From Camelus ferus (lineage: Eukaryota), in NCBI RefSeq assembly GCF_009834535.1, contig NC_045696.1, forward strand, positions 69,876,001-69,940,000: a stretch of 64,000 nt of DNA. The letters run 5' to 3'. The number at the start of each line of letters is the position of its first letter. The stretch's first letter is position 1. Under the pieces are notes generated by a model that saw only the letters and a list, made by a program, of their open reading frames with translations, was not told the origin of the DNA and made no database searches. The position numbers and the translations under genes are program-made. Positions 26,190 through 39,040 of this stretch are shown piece by piece.

Positions 26190-27150
26190 AAAAATCAGTC
26201 AGCAAACATTTACTGAGCATTTGTGACATGCCTTGACACTATGCTAGGAGTGCTAAAGGATTAAAAAAAATAAAGACGTGTGAGAAACAGCCTCTCAAAG
26301 GTTTACATCTACTTCGTGCAGATACGACTCATGGAGAGACAAAAATGTAAAAATAGGAACCATGTCTCTGTGTGTTTTTCTTTTTCCATCTCAGCAGCTA
26401 GCTTAGTGCCTGGCACATCATTAGAACTTGATAAATATTTTTTGAATGAATGGGACTGAAGAGGACAGAGATTAGTAGCTTTGGATGGTTTCTTAGAAGA
26501 AGTTGAATTGGAGCTGGACACTCAAGTATGAGTAAAATACAAAGGAGAGAAGAGTGGAAAAGTGGGAAGGACATCCTAAATGCAGGGAAAGGTGTCAAGT
26601 GTAGTTTGGAAATATAGCAGTGCATGTATAAACGTGTCCCAGGAATAGAATAAACCAGTTTGCTAGGGCAGAGATACGGGAATCACGGAGTATCCTGAGT
26701 GCTGGGCAAAGACACTGAGATTTTATTCTGTAGCTACCTGAGTTTCTGGTTGGCAGAGACATATACTCAAAACAGGTGGCCGTGGGTGGGGTGGACTGAT
26801 GGGTGGGAGGCCAGTTAAGAGTCTACAGATGCATTTAGGTGTTTGAGTAACAAGGACCTGAACTAGTGTATTAGCTGAGGAAGCTGAAAGGAGGAGGCAG
26901 ATGGAAGAGGTTGTGAAGAGAGAAGAAACAGAGCTTGGTGAGTTAGTGACTAGATGTGCAAGTCTAGTGATGGTAAGGAAGAGGAATCACCAGTGATGGC
27001 CCAGTGATCCTGAACTGTGGGTCTTGGGAGAAGGGTGATGCTTTTTCACTAAGTGTAATATGGCAGCCTGAAGAGGGAGGAGGGTTTGAGGAGATAAAGT
27101 TTTAAATTTGAGGCACTGGAACATCAAGAAGAAATGTCTGCTTAGCAATG
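26190..27150 (-). mobile_element. L2 fragments (with an opposite-orientation L2 end at ~26370-26455)
   Basis: cagcaaacatttactgagcatt...; gggaggccagttaagagtct...ggacctgaactag; tgggagaagggtgatgctttttcactaag. Confidence 0.55.
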
Positions 27151-27309
27151 GGAGAAGATGGCTGTGCCCTGCTGTCTTTCTGGGCAATTGCCTTATCTGC
27201 ATATGACACCGTGGCAGACCCTCAACCCTGCCAGGAGATAGCTTGTTATGGGAAGTGATAAATAATTTAATTTTCACAAGGAATATATGAGTTGATTCTT
27301 TCTAGATTT

Positions 27310-27375
27310 TATATATATATATATCATATACATATATACATATATATACATATACATATATACATATATACATAC

Positions 27376-27422
<47 letters not shown>
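27310..27422. repeat. (TA)n/(TACA)n compound microsatellite
   Basis: Seen directly. Confidence 0.95.
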
Positions 27423-27425
<3 letters not shown>

Positions 27426-29059
27426 TTTTCTTCATCTTTTCTAGTAATGTTGGTCCTCCCCAAATGGAAAGGAGGACATATGCGTTGAAGGAATTAGTGA
27501 GAAATGAGAAGCAGGGGCTCAGACTTGGAGGGGCTGGGTAGGGGGGCAGCAGAGTGCATCTGTGCAGGAGTGGTACCAGTGCTGGATATCTGTGGAGGCC
27601 ACAACTGTAGGTGCTTCCTGAGATGACAGTTCGGTGATCCTTAAACGCACTGTCATCACTTTTATAGGACCCCTTTGAGAGTACAGTGTAAACAGGAGTT
27701 AGATTTCTCCTCACACAGCGTCTTTGATTTTTTAACAGTATTGACTAATTAAAATGTACAGTGTAATACTTAGATTCATCACCCCCACCACTCTTAGCCC
27801 CCTGCCTTCTTCTCTCTGTAGTAAATACAGAATCGAAGCATAGTAAATAGCTTATATAAATCTTAATTTTCCCTCTTTTTTATTAAAAAAAAGTTTTAAG
27901 TGCTCCTACTGTCTTTAGACTTTGGGGACTGTATATAAAGTATGTTCTGGTTGAATTTCATTTCATTGACAAAGTTAAATTTCTCATTAAAATAAAAGTG
28001 GGGGAAAATGTTTCAGCTACACTGGAGTACAAAAGGGAAGGAATTTGTGGACCACCTGCTCTCCATATTAGAAGGTGCAAAAGTCAATAGTATTTTAAAA
28101 TTAATTTAAATGTTTTTCTTTAAGAAAGTCAGTCTGCTAGTTTATTGGGTAATAATTCCTTTAGCTTTATCAATCCAACATCTCTGTCCTTGCACATGGC
28201 CCAGTGATGGAGAGCAGCAGCTGTAAATGCACATATTCTTCTGGATCCTCAGCATACACAGCATGAATGAGAGAGAAAAGGCTCCAAGGGGTGAAGTAAG
28301 TTATTGCCCAAACATGCCATGAAGCCCTTTGCAGCCATTAAAATTAATGTTGAAGAAGGATATTTAGAGACTTGTACAACTTGTACAATATACTAAGTGA
28401 AAAAGATTGTGGAATAATTATAGTATGATTCCATTTTCATAATTACTTACACAACTGTAAAAACATAAATCAAATTATTAACAGTGGTTATCTTGTGAAT
28501 CACTCACTAGTCATCTTAATTTTCTACTTTCTATATTTATTACTTTAATAATAAAATGAAAAAAACTATTACTTTTATAATAAAAAGATTTTTTAAAAAG
28601 AAACAAACTTTTAAGAAGAGAATGTGCACTGAATTACGTATTTTTTAAAGGAAACGCATGCGTGTGTTGAGGTACTGTGATGGTTTGCTTCTCTTTGGTT
28701 GGCTAAATTAATGATGGCCAACACCTTTCCTCCCTTTATTCAAGAAAATGGTTTTTTGGAGAGTGATGAAAGAATTTAGGGTGCCCGGAGGACTTTAGGT
28801 GAAAGTACACCAGTTAGACGTCATACACTGGCATTTATGGAGGGTCTGGACTAGAGCAGAGATATAGGTTTGGCAGGAGGACCAAGAAATCCAAGAGGAC
28901 AGTGAATGTTTTCTTGGGAGAAAGCTTTTTCTCCTACCTCGGCCTCTTGTGGAAAAGTCTGGGTAGGGAGGAGTTGTCAGTACAGGAAGAGTTCCTGGAT
29001 TACACGGGATCTGAGTAGAGAATTCTAGACATCCTCGGTAAAAACTAGGCATGACAGCA

Positions 29060-29300
29060 TTGACATTTACTAAGTGACATTTACTAAGCTTTCTCGGAGT
29101 TAGACATTGGGCTAAGAGCTTTAGATACATTATTATTTCATCTAATTCTTCTAGCCACACTGTGAGTTGTAGATACTGTTATTATGATTCCCATTTTATG
29201 GCAACAGGAAGCAGTGGCTCAGAGATTAACTTGCCCAAGGGCTCACACTTTAGTAAGTGGAAGAGCCAAGATTTGAACCCAGGCGTATTTTACCCTGGAA
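29060..29300 (-). mobile_element. MIR SINE
   Basis: tgattcccattttatggcaacaggaagcagtggctcagagattaacttgcccaagg...gatttgaacccagg. Confidence 0.75.
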
Positions 29301-29577
29301 CTTATACCTCTCGCAAATGGGATGCAGGTGAGATGGTTCTCAGGCTGAAGGAGTTGTTCTCTTTTGCTTTGGAAGGTCTCAAAGTCCAGAGAGATTTATA
29401 ATACATAGATTAAAGATCAAAAGATAATAAACTCTCAATGTCAAAGGCAAAATGTGGGCATTTCAAAGGATCCTTTCACAATTGCAGCTCACCAGTGCAG
29501 TTGAGGGGACGTTCCCTTCCCCACAGAGAATAAGCATCCTCTCATCTTTGTGCACTCCATGTAATGTGTAAGCCAGG

Positions 29578-29725
29578 ACGGTGCTTCTCAAAGTGTGGCC
29601 TTCTTACCATCAGCCGGGAATTTTGTTGGGAATGCAAATTCTGAGGCACACCTCAGGTCTATTGTGTCAGAAACTCTGGAGGTGGGTGCTGTGTTAACAA
29701 GTCCTCCTGGGGATTCTGATGCAGG
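29578..29725. mobile_element. MER5A MITE
   Basis: gtgcttctcaaagtgtggcc...gaatgcaaattctgaggc...tcagaaactctggaggtggg...ttaacaagtcctcctggggattctgatgca. Confidence 0.75.
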
Positions 29726-31114
29726 AACTGAGCTCGGATACAGTCTCCACTTCTGAAAAGTTTAGAGACACCTATTAAACCAGCAAGAGGGATAAAAGCC
29801 AAGATGCCATTGTGGTTTTGGTGTACTTTTAATTTTTGTTAAAAATGTGTACTTGCCTGATTTATCTCAGGAAAAGGCTTCTCTCTGAGTCAAGCTAATT
29901 CATGTTCTTGGCTTGACGTCAGGGACCCTTTTAACACACTACAACTTTGCTAATTGTAATAGTGCCTTTGCCTTTCAATAAGAGATCATATCCTGGCTAA
30001 TTCCAAGTCCAGTTGTAAGTCCTGTTTTGTTTTGTTTTACTTCACGTTGGTTCATAAAAGAAGTTGAAGTTATTTCTCAAAACTACCCAGAGGAAGAAGT
30101 GCTGTTCCTAAAAGATAAACCTGCATTCAGAGAATTATTAGTTTTCAGAGCTTTTCAATATGCCCCTGGTAGGAAGTGGCACAGGAGTAACCCATAGAGA
30201 TTTGAGGATAGTCAGAGAGTCTGTGAAGAACAGAGGCCAGTCTCCATTCAGAAGAGCAACCATCCCCGTTCATTAGCTGTTTACACTTCTTGTGTCAACC
30301 ATGATAGCTTGTTTGAACTATACTCCAGCATACATTATTATCATCAGTTTCTAATCAGTAATTGGTTATGTGTCTTAATTTCTCTAAGTGAGTTGAATCT
30401 TCAAGTAATGACTCCAATTTCGTGTTGTGTTTTGTTTTGTTTTTTTTTCCTTCCTGACATTTTTAAGGCCAGGAATCTAATAAATAAACTAATACGTAAT
30501 TATCCTTTACAAACAGCCTTGGCATGTATGTGTTTACATTAAATACCATTCTCAAGCAGTCAGTTAGGGAAAGGGAGACATCCTTGAATTATTACACATA
30601 TTTTAAAATAATTTTAATGGTTAGAGAGGTTAGAGAACCTTACGGAATTTCTGAGGTTATCAGTGACATTGGAGTTCTTTGTGTCAAGAACTTGGGAGAC
30701 AGGTTTCACCAAATAGAACTTTGTGGGCTGATTTTTGATGAGTGTGGGGACAGCCAGCCCTTCTGGAACTTGCCACAGTGCAGGCTGTGTGGGGAGGTTG
30801 AGGTGGGGGTGACAGTTGGTACTGCCTAAATCACGAGTTCAGGGAGTCCAGCCTCTAATGATTGTTACATATTATGCCTTACCAGTTCCTGCTGCTCATC
30901 TAGAATTTGCTGGTTGGGAGATTTTTTTAAAAAAAGAATTCTATAGGTTGAAAGAGAGCTTCTATATAGCCTATTATTGGGGGAAAGAAAACTGATATTT
31001 GACGAGGTTGCTGTTTGACTTCCCACAGTAGTAACGGCAGCAAGTTTTGTGGTATATTTTTCTTTTTTTTTTTTAAATTGTTCTTTCCCTTTTAACATTT
31101 TATTTATTTATTTA

Positions 31115-31632
31115 TTTTTAAATTTTTAATAGACTTTATTATTTTACAGCAGGTGCAGGTTCACAACAGAATTGAGCGGAAAATACAGAATTTGCACATA
31201 GCCCTCCCCAGCCACACATACATACTCCCCTACCCTCAACATCCCTCATCGCTGTGGCATATTTGGTACAATCAGTGAACCAACATGGACGCATTATTAT
31301 CAACAGAAGTCCATAGTTTACATTAGGGTTCACTCTTGATGTTGTACATTCTATGGGTTTTGACAAATGCATAATGACATGTAGCCATCACTATAGTACA
31401 GAATAATTACGTTGCTCTAAAAATCCCTTGTGCTCCATCTATTCATTCCTCCGTCCCTCCCTCTCCCCAGACCCCTGGAAACCACAATCTTTTTATTGTT
31501 TCTGTAGCATTGCCTTTTCCAGAACGTCATTTGGTTGGAATCATACAGTTTGTAACCTTTTTCAGACTGACTTCTCTAATTTAGTAATATGTCTTTTAAG
31601 TTTCTTCAATGTCTTTCATGGCTTGATAGATC
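31115..31632 (-). mobile_element. L1MC1/2-like 3' end lying inside the HAL1-like insertion
   Basis: Minus strand reads CTATCAAGCCATGAAAGACAT...GTGAACCCTAATGTAAACTATGGAC...TGTGAACCTGCACC, an L1MC-type 3' end. Confidence 0.75.
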
Positions 31633-32382
31633 TTTTTTTTTTTTACTGCACATATATTTTTAAATTTACATATATGTACTGTTCATTGTTTCTAAGAACG
31701 TTTAGAGCTTTAGCTTTTTAAACTTATGTAGTTATCAAAGGAATAAAGCTAACCACAAAATAAGAATTAACTCAAAAAGATACATACACCCTGCTATTAA
31801 CAGCAGCATTATTTATAATTGCCAAGATATGGAAGCATCCTAAGTGCACATCAGTAGTTGAATAGATAACGGAGATGCAGCATATATGTGTGTGTGTATA
31901 TATATACACACACACATATATGTATGTAATGGCATACAACTCACCCATAAAAAAGAAGGCTATTTTGCCATTTGCGGCCCTTCATCACTTTTTTTTTTCA
32001 CTTCAAAAACCAGAATTTTATAACTGGCAGAGACATCTCCATTACATCAAAAACAACAAAATACCTAGAAATAAACCTAACCAAGGAGGTTGCCTATACT
32101 CTGAAAACCGAAATGACACAAAGAAATGGAAAGATTTCTTGTGCTCTTGGATTGGAAGAATCAACATTATCAAAATGGCCACACTACTCAAAGCAATCCA
32201 CAGATCCAGCGCAACCTCTGTCAAAATACTCACGACATTCCTCACAGAACTAGAACAAACAATTCCAAAATTTATAAGGAACCGCAAAAGACCCCGGACA
32301 GCCAAAGCAATCTTTTGTAGGTCTCTCTTTTTTTTTTTTTTTCCCCTCGTTCTTTTTGTTCTCTTTTCTTATGGTTTGATGA

Positions 32383-33254
32383 CTAGAGAAGGTCCTTTAA
32401 CATTTGTTGTAAAGCTGGTTTGGTGGTGCTGAAATCTTTTAGCTTTTGTTTATCTGTGAAGCTTTTGATTTCTCCATCAAGTCTAAACGAGAGCCTTGCT
32501 GGATAGAGTATTCTTGGTTGTAAGTTTCCCCCTTGCATCACTTTAAATATATTGTGCCGCTCCCTTCTGGCCTGTAGAGTTTCTGCTGAAAAATCAGCTG
32601 ATAACCTTATGGGAGTTCCCTTCTATGTTATTCGATGCTTTTCTCTTGCTGATTTTAATATTTTCTTCTTATCCTTAATTGTTGTCAATTTGTTAATGAT
32701 GTGCCTTGGTGTGTTCCTTTTTTGGTTGATTGTGTGTGGTACTCTCTGCACTTCCAGGACCTGGGTGACTGTTTCCTTTCCCAAGTTGGGGAAGTTTTTG
32801 GTTATTATCTCTCCAAAAATTTTCTCAGGTCCTTTTTCTTTCTCTTCTCTTTCTGTGACCCTTTACAATGTGAATATTAGAGTGCTTCATATTGTCCCAG
32901 AGTTCTCTTAAACTATCCTCATTCCTTTTTATTCTTTTTTCTTTTTTCTGTTCTGAAGTAGTGATTTCCACTAATCTGTCTTCTAGCTCACTGATCCGTT
33001 CTTCTGCCTCATTTAGCCTGTTCTTGGTTCTTTCTAGTGCATTGATCATTTCAGTGATTTTATTCTTTAACTCAGTTTGGCTATTCTTTATATTTTCCAG
33101 GTCTTTGCTAAAAACTTCACTCTGTGCATCTATACTCCCCTTGAGTTCTCTAAACATCTTGGCCATCATTACTTTAAACTCTTTCATCACTTATTTCTAC
33201 TTCTGGGATTTTATCTTGTGCCTTGGCCTGGGAGATAATCCTTTGCCACCTCAT
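32383..33254 (-). pseudogene. frameshifted L1-type ORF1p (coiled coil-RRM-CTD)
   Basis: ORF track 32825-33190 (ELKNKITEMINALE..EAEERISELEDR..SLRELWDNMK) is L1 ORF1p. After a frameshift it continues as ..IRLSADFSAETLQARRE..YPARLSF..KPALQQMLKDLL* ending at 32383. ATG at 33254 is in a different frame from the 33190 ORF. Confidence 0.85.
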
Positions 33255-36200
33255 ATAATGTATCTTTCTGTGTGTTTGTGGATTCCTTCCACAGGCTTTG
33301 GGATTATTGTTTTCTTATTTCTAGTATCTGCCCCTAGTGGATGAGGCTGGACTAGAGGCTTATGCAGGTTTCCTGGCAGGAGGAGCCGGTGCCTGCCCAC
33401 TGCTGGGAGAAGCTTGGTTCTGGACCTCTGGTGGGTAGGGCTATGTCTAGAGGCCTTTGTGGCTCAGGAGGTCTGCTCATGGGTGGGGCTGTGTTCCCAC
33501 CTGTATGTTGTTTGGCCTGAGGCTTCTCTATAGGCTGTTGGGTGGGGCTAGGTCTTGGTGCTGATGATCCAATCAAGATGTCAGCCTCCAGGAAAGCTCA
33601 TGTAACACTCCCGGAATGTCTGCCACCAGCTTTTATGTCCCCTGAGTGACCTGCAGCCATCCCCCATGTCCCTAGGAGACCCTCCAAATCCAGCAGGCAG
33701 ATCTGGCCAAGGTATCTATGAAATCACTGCCTCTATCCTTGGACCTGGCGCATGTGAGTTTCCGTGTACGCGTCTCAAGCAAATGGAGTCTCCGTTTCCC
33801 TCAGTCCCATGAGGCTCCCAGAGCCAAGCCCCTCTGGCCTTCAAAACCAGATGTCCTGATGTCTCCTTCTCTTCCCAATGCTGGGACCCGGGCTGGGAAG
33901 CCTGACGTGGGGCTTAGAGCTCTCACTCCTGTGGGAGGGTGTCTGTGACTGAACGAATCTTCAGCTAGTGGGTTGCCCACCCAGGGGGTATGGGGCCCAA
34001 CTATATCATGAGCACGCCCCTCCTACCTTCCTGGTGTGGCTCCTTCTTTGTTTCCAGTTGCAGAAGATCTTTTTTGCTAGGTTCCAGTCTTTTTTCAATG
34101 GTTGTTTAGCATTCAGTTGTGGTTTTGTTGTAGTCGCAAGAAGAGGCAAGCTCGTGGTCCTACCATCCACCATCTTGACCGGAACTCCTTTGTGGTATAT
34201 TTTTCTGTTTGCCAGTTGCTGCTTCTGGTGTTAAAGCAGAGAAGTTCTAGTTTACTGACACACTGAGACAGGCAGGCAGTATATATCTAACAAACCCATT
34301 ATTATGCCAACCCATTATTCTTTTCCTCTGCCTTTTTTGCTGCTGCTGAGAGCAGACTGAGTAGGACTCCCTAAAACAGTGATAGGAAGGAAACTTTTAT
34401 GATTACATTTGGGACACTCCCGACATATTAAAGAGATAAAGTGGTCCATAGATTCTCTTTTTTTTTTTTAATCTGAAAGAACAGAGTACAACCATAACGT
34501 ACCAAAGATCTCCAAGCCCAGGGGTGGTAACTATACCAGAACAGAAGGAGAGTGAGAAGAAGTGATGTCACAGTATTGCTAGCTTTCAGAGCTTCTGAAT
34601 ATTTGAGAATCTTAAAATCTAAATGTCTTCAAAGCAGTAAAAGGGTACCTATTTATAAATTGTAAGTTAGAAGCTACAAGTAAGCAGATAATTAATTTTG
34701 GAAGCATGAGAATCTTAGAAAGTTAAAACATAGTAATCCCATTGATACATAGCTGGATAATTATCCTTAACTCCTAGCAATTTGCAAATTATTAATTGTG
34801 GAGTTTTCTAGATCTCTGACTTATTTCTGTGTTTTACCTGGTTTTTGCTTTTGTTTGTTTTTGATTTTGCTTTTTGCCCAATTACAGTTCCAAAAGAAGT
34901 CAGGCCAGGAATGAAAAAGAGCCCACACTCAAATTTAGCATGGCCACATTTGGATACTGGATACCTAGATCTTTATAGATCTTTATAGAACTAACTTTTC
35001 AACTTAAAGCATCAAAGAGATCTTTTTCTGGTCCTGCTTCCAAACATTTTCTCTTCTCCCATAAATTATTTCAGATAATTTCTACAGGAATCCATAGCTT
35101 GAGAATCTATCATTTAAGTGAAAATCTAAATAAAAGTTATTAATAAATAGATGTCTTGCTTACATATATGTTGTATGCATCTTGCTGGCTTTATCTCTAC
35201 TTCTGCTTCACACCCATAAACAATCTTCCTCATAGAGGCCCACAAAGCTTATAAGTCAAATTATACCTCACACATGTTTGTGAGAGCTAGCTTTGTTTTG
35301 TTTTTTTTTTTTTTATCTAGAAAGGAGAGACGTTCAGCATGAGCTCAGGTTCCAGTGCTAGAAAGGCTAATCCTTCTGAATTACGGTAGTCTATCTAGCT
35401 GGACTCCCCAGTGCTGCTCAAGGAAATAATGAATCGTCATTACATAGGTCAGCCTCTGCTGCTCCTGGAAAGACAAGGAATTACTCGTGTGAGAAGCAGC
35501 TCCACGGCAGAGTCGTGCCATTTGGGAGCACCTACGTTTGAGATCACTGATGTTTGGAACCAGCAGATTTTAAGTCCACAGTTGCTGTGAGTAGTCAGGT
35601 ATACCTCAGCTTCAGCAGCTCTGGAAGTTGCCTTCCTCTCCCTTTGAATGTCCCCCACTGACTCAGGATGGCCCCAAACAAAATTTGTCATGCCACATAG
35701 ACTACATTTTAAGTTATATGAAAAATGGGCTTTTTTTTTTTTTTTTTAAAGAATCCGAGATTAGATTAGAATTGAGTGGGGTTGGGAGATGGATTTCCTA
35801 GTAAACTGGAGCTAAACATTTTTGTTTTCCAGTAGGTTTTAGAATCTCTGTCTCTGGGGTCCTTAGATGATAGGATAGATTGTCTTAAGTCTGGTGTGGT
35901 TTAGTTGTGGTTCTACCTGGAGAAAGGTCATCTTCCCAAACCTAAGTTCTTGGCTACTTTAGTTAGTAAGGAGGGCAAAGGAATGGACGTGGCCTTGCCA
36001 GAAAGAGGACTTTCAGACCACCCACCAAACCAGAGGTAGGCTGGGGCCTTTTCCCTGTGTATAGCCTCCCACAGCTCATGCTTTTTAATTGCCACCCAGT
36101 GGCATTTGCAGTATTAAATGGTGCCAGTGATATTTCAACCTGTTGGGAAACAGCTAAACTGTGTGCTGCAACCAGAGCTATTTGTTTGGTCAGCTCCTCC

Positions 36201-37004
36201 AGACTCTCATTTTTGTGGCCAGTGTTTTGTTTATGAGTGTCTTCTCCTCTATGGTTTCTGGCTTCAGTGACTAGGGGTGGGAGTTGTGGGGGCTTGACGG
36301 AGAGGATGGGCTGAAGACGGTTGGACTCATTTCATTTCCCGAATCATCTTAAGCATTCTTGTGCCTCTTGGTTCCATCTTGGCTGGGCAGTGCTTCCCAC
36401 TAGTTTGTCAGACCAGCTTTCCCAGCCACCTCCGGGGGCAGGAAGGAAAACCACACCTTGCTCTGTGTCACCAGTTAACAGGCAGAGTTTTGTTCAGTCA
36501 ATATTTATAGAACCTCCCTACTAACCTCGAACCCTGCAACCTTGTAACTTTGAAGAGTTTATTCTCCCTGCCTGGCCTCCCAAGGAACTGTTTGAGCATG
36601 GGCAGTCCACCTCAGAGGGACAGCGAGGGACTCTTCATCTCAGACCAGGCACCACAGAGACACATTCCCTCCTGATCTTAACCCTGAACTTGGTGGACTG
36701 TGCCCCATTTTAGAGTGAGAGAGTTCATGGGAAAGGGTCAGGGACAGATTGTCTTTCACTGTTATCCCCTTTAATTTGTCAAGTCAAACCCTGTGATCAG
36801 AGGAAGTACAGAGCAGCGTATGGGGAGGACACAAGTCTCTAAGGCCGGTGAGCGTCTCCTGGGCTGTGCACAGAGCAGCCATAAGGTTGTCAGCCTCCAT
36901 GAGCTGTTCCTGTTCTGTGCAAGAAAGATAGTGCCTTGCAGTAAGTTTGGGTGCAACCTGAATATCCAGCAATAGAGAATTGATTGAATAAACAGGGTTT
37001 ATCT

Positions 37005-37126
37005 CTTTTTTTTCATTTTTCAGTTTTATTAGGTAGAATTGTTACAGTTTGACTGCATATATACAATATATTGCATGTAAACACATATATACAATATACT
37101 GCACATATTTTTTAATTGTACTGTTC
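37005..37126 (-). mobile_element. 5'-truncated copy (3' tip) of the HAL1-like family
   Basis: Closely similar to 43673-43803. AATAAA (37025-37030, minus) plus A-tail. TSD ATAAACAGG(G/A)TTTATCT at 36988-37004 and 37127-37143. Confidence 0.8.
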
Positions 37127-38034
37127 ATAAACAGGATTTATCTTTGCTAAGAAATATCATATTGAATATTTAATGCTGGATGAAAATATGGTAGGTTGAA
37201 GAAAAAGCATAAAGCAGGATTCCAATTTTATAAAAACAAAGAAGGGAAAGCATCACGTTGTTAATGGTTTCCTTTGATGGGATTATGGGAGAGTTTAGCC
37301 TTCTAATTTCCTACACTTTTGTTTTTTGTTGCAGAATGTATCATACCCAAAAGTACAGAAAACACATGTATGAAGTTTAAAGACTGAGTCTAAAGTGTAA
37401 CCACTACCCAGGAACATTGAAAGCAACATTTCTTTTATCATTGGAACACTGACAGTAAAAATGTTATTATAATCGACTTTTCCTGAGTTCCTCACAAGGC
37501 TATAGTGGGAATAAAATAAGACTCTATATGAAAGTGCTTGTGCTTATTAAATCTTAAAATGTCCATCGAGCATGAGGAGTTATCTCTCTCCTCTAAAGTG
37601 CCAAATTTGACAGGTGCACATAAGCAATAAGTCATTACTGAAGTCTGAGGCTGCTTGTGCCATACAGAGATTTACATTGAAAATGTATCATTTATACCAC
37701 TTGTCCTATCTGCATGTTCTTCCCTGGCAGGAAGGACCTGAGGCACAGTCTTAGGCACTGGGAGAGGTACTGGTGACTGACTTGTAAAAACCTCTTTCCT
37801 GCATGCATTTCAGGCTGAATGCCCTTGGTTTTCTGTGATTCCCTGGGTTGTTGCACATGGTGGAAAGAGGTTGAATGTATGTGTTGATTGGTTGATTTCA
37901 TCAAAGTCAGAATTCCAAGCAATTATACTTTCTTATTTCTTTATTATTGAATTATTTACTCTTTCACCTCTTGATATAAAGTTTGATTAGAAGCAATTAA
38001 AGAATTGATCATAGTTTAATCCTTTCACCTGTTA

Positions 38035-39040
38035 CTGTTGTCAGCCACTACATAATTTGTGGGGCCAAGAGCAGAATGAAAATGTGGGGACCCTTGACTT
38101 AAAAAACAGGGAAAAAGTGTCATTAAGAGTTCTGAAATATAAAGCTTTTCCCCTTCTTCCATGTTCTCTCTCGACTTGTGTTTTATTTGCTATTTAATGT
38201 CATTCTAAGTAAAGGAAAATTAAAGATTCTGATTATTAATATGAATTTTACTGTTCATTTTTCTATCATGCAATGCCAGTTTAAAATACACATATAAGAA
38301 CATTTAGCTCATATGTGAAATCAACAAAATTACACAATTTGTATGTCGTAGCTCATACATCATTCTTACTAGGACAATGGAGGTGTGGCACCAAACAACC
38401 TCAGCTGTTTTTATTACACTTAATATGTGCGCATTCTACCAATACCGTACCTTTGGCATACTGAGAGTAAGGATTCATGGAAAGGGGGCTATGGATTGCC
38501 CTGTCTTTTCCTTTCCTTTTACGTACGGCATCCTTTCAGTGTAAGTGGTTGGCTTGCATGGGAAAATAATGTGGGTAAGTAAGAATACTGTAGGGTTCCT
38601 TCGTTGTTCATGTTTCTTAGAATGCTGTTGTCTTCTTTTCCGTTCCAAGCAAGTTCTGGTTCCAGTGGAAAGCATGACTTCTTGGGGCTTCACATCCACT
38701 CACTCAGTCATGGACATCATACGCTGGCCTTGTACTTGCTCTGAGTCTTGCTGAACTCCTGCATGTGGTGGGTCCACCAGAATTCTCTGCTTAAAGGGCA
38801 TCACAAATGCTCTATGCAAAGAGGTGGGCAAGCAGTGTCAAATGTGCAAATTACCCGTATCTCTTCTGCTCACACACGCTCCGTTGTTCCATTGGACTTT
38901 ACTTACAAAACACAAATTCAAAGACAAAACACTAAGAATTTCTGCATGGTGACAGGAAAGCATTAAACCAGGTGTTGGGGCCCTTCTAAGCATAGGGCCC
39001 TGTGTGACTGTACAGGTCACATGCCCATAAACCAGATCTA
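38035..39040. mobile_element. MER45B-like hAT-Tip100 DNA transposon
   Basis: ataatttgtggggccaagagcagaatgaaaatgtggga at one end and ggggcccttctaagcatagggccctgtgtgactgtacaggtcacatgcccata at the other; ~1 kb. Confidence 0.75.

Larger units (their letters stand above)
31064..34188 (-). mobile_element. full-length half-L1 (HAL1-like) insertion with 3' transduction
   Basis: Perfect 18-bp TSD TTTGTGGTATATTTTTCT (31046-31063, 34189-34206). L1-type 5' start GGAGTTCCGGTCAAGATGG on the minus strand. ORF1 present, no sense ORF2. Terminal poly(A) at 31064-31074. Confidence 0.85.

Noticed and set aside
31774..32315. Twin-priming 5' inversion of an ordinary L1
   Set aside because: The 5'UTR/ORF1 and the poly(A) tail share one orientation, and the tail plus inverted-piece junction recurs in an independent copy at 43.7 kb.
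33322..33342. CTCF-like CCACTAGGGGCAG (minus strand)
   Set aside because: One G short of the core spacing, and inside the retroelement 5'UTR.
29063..34990. Short tandem duplications (gacatttactaag x2 at ~29063; tagatcttta x2 at ~34966) as CRISPR-like or functional repeats
   Set aside because: Two-copy slippage duplications with no spacer array.
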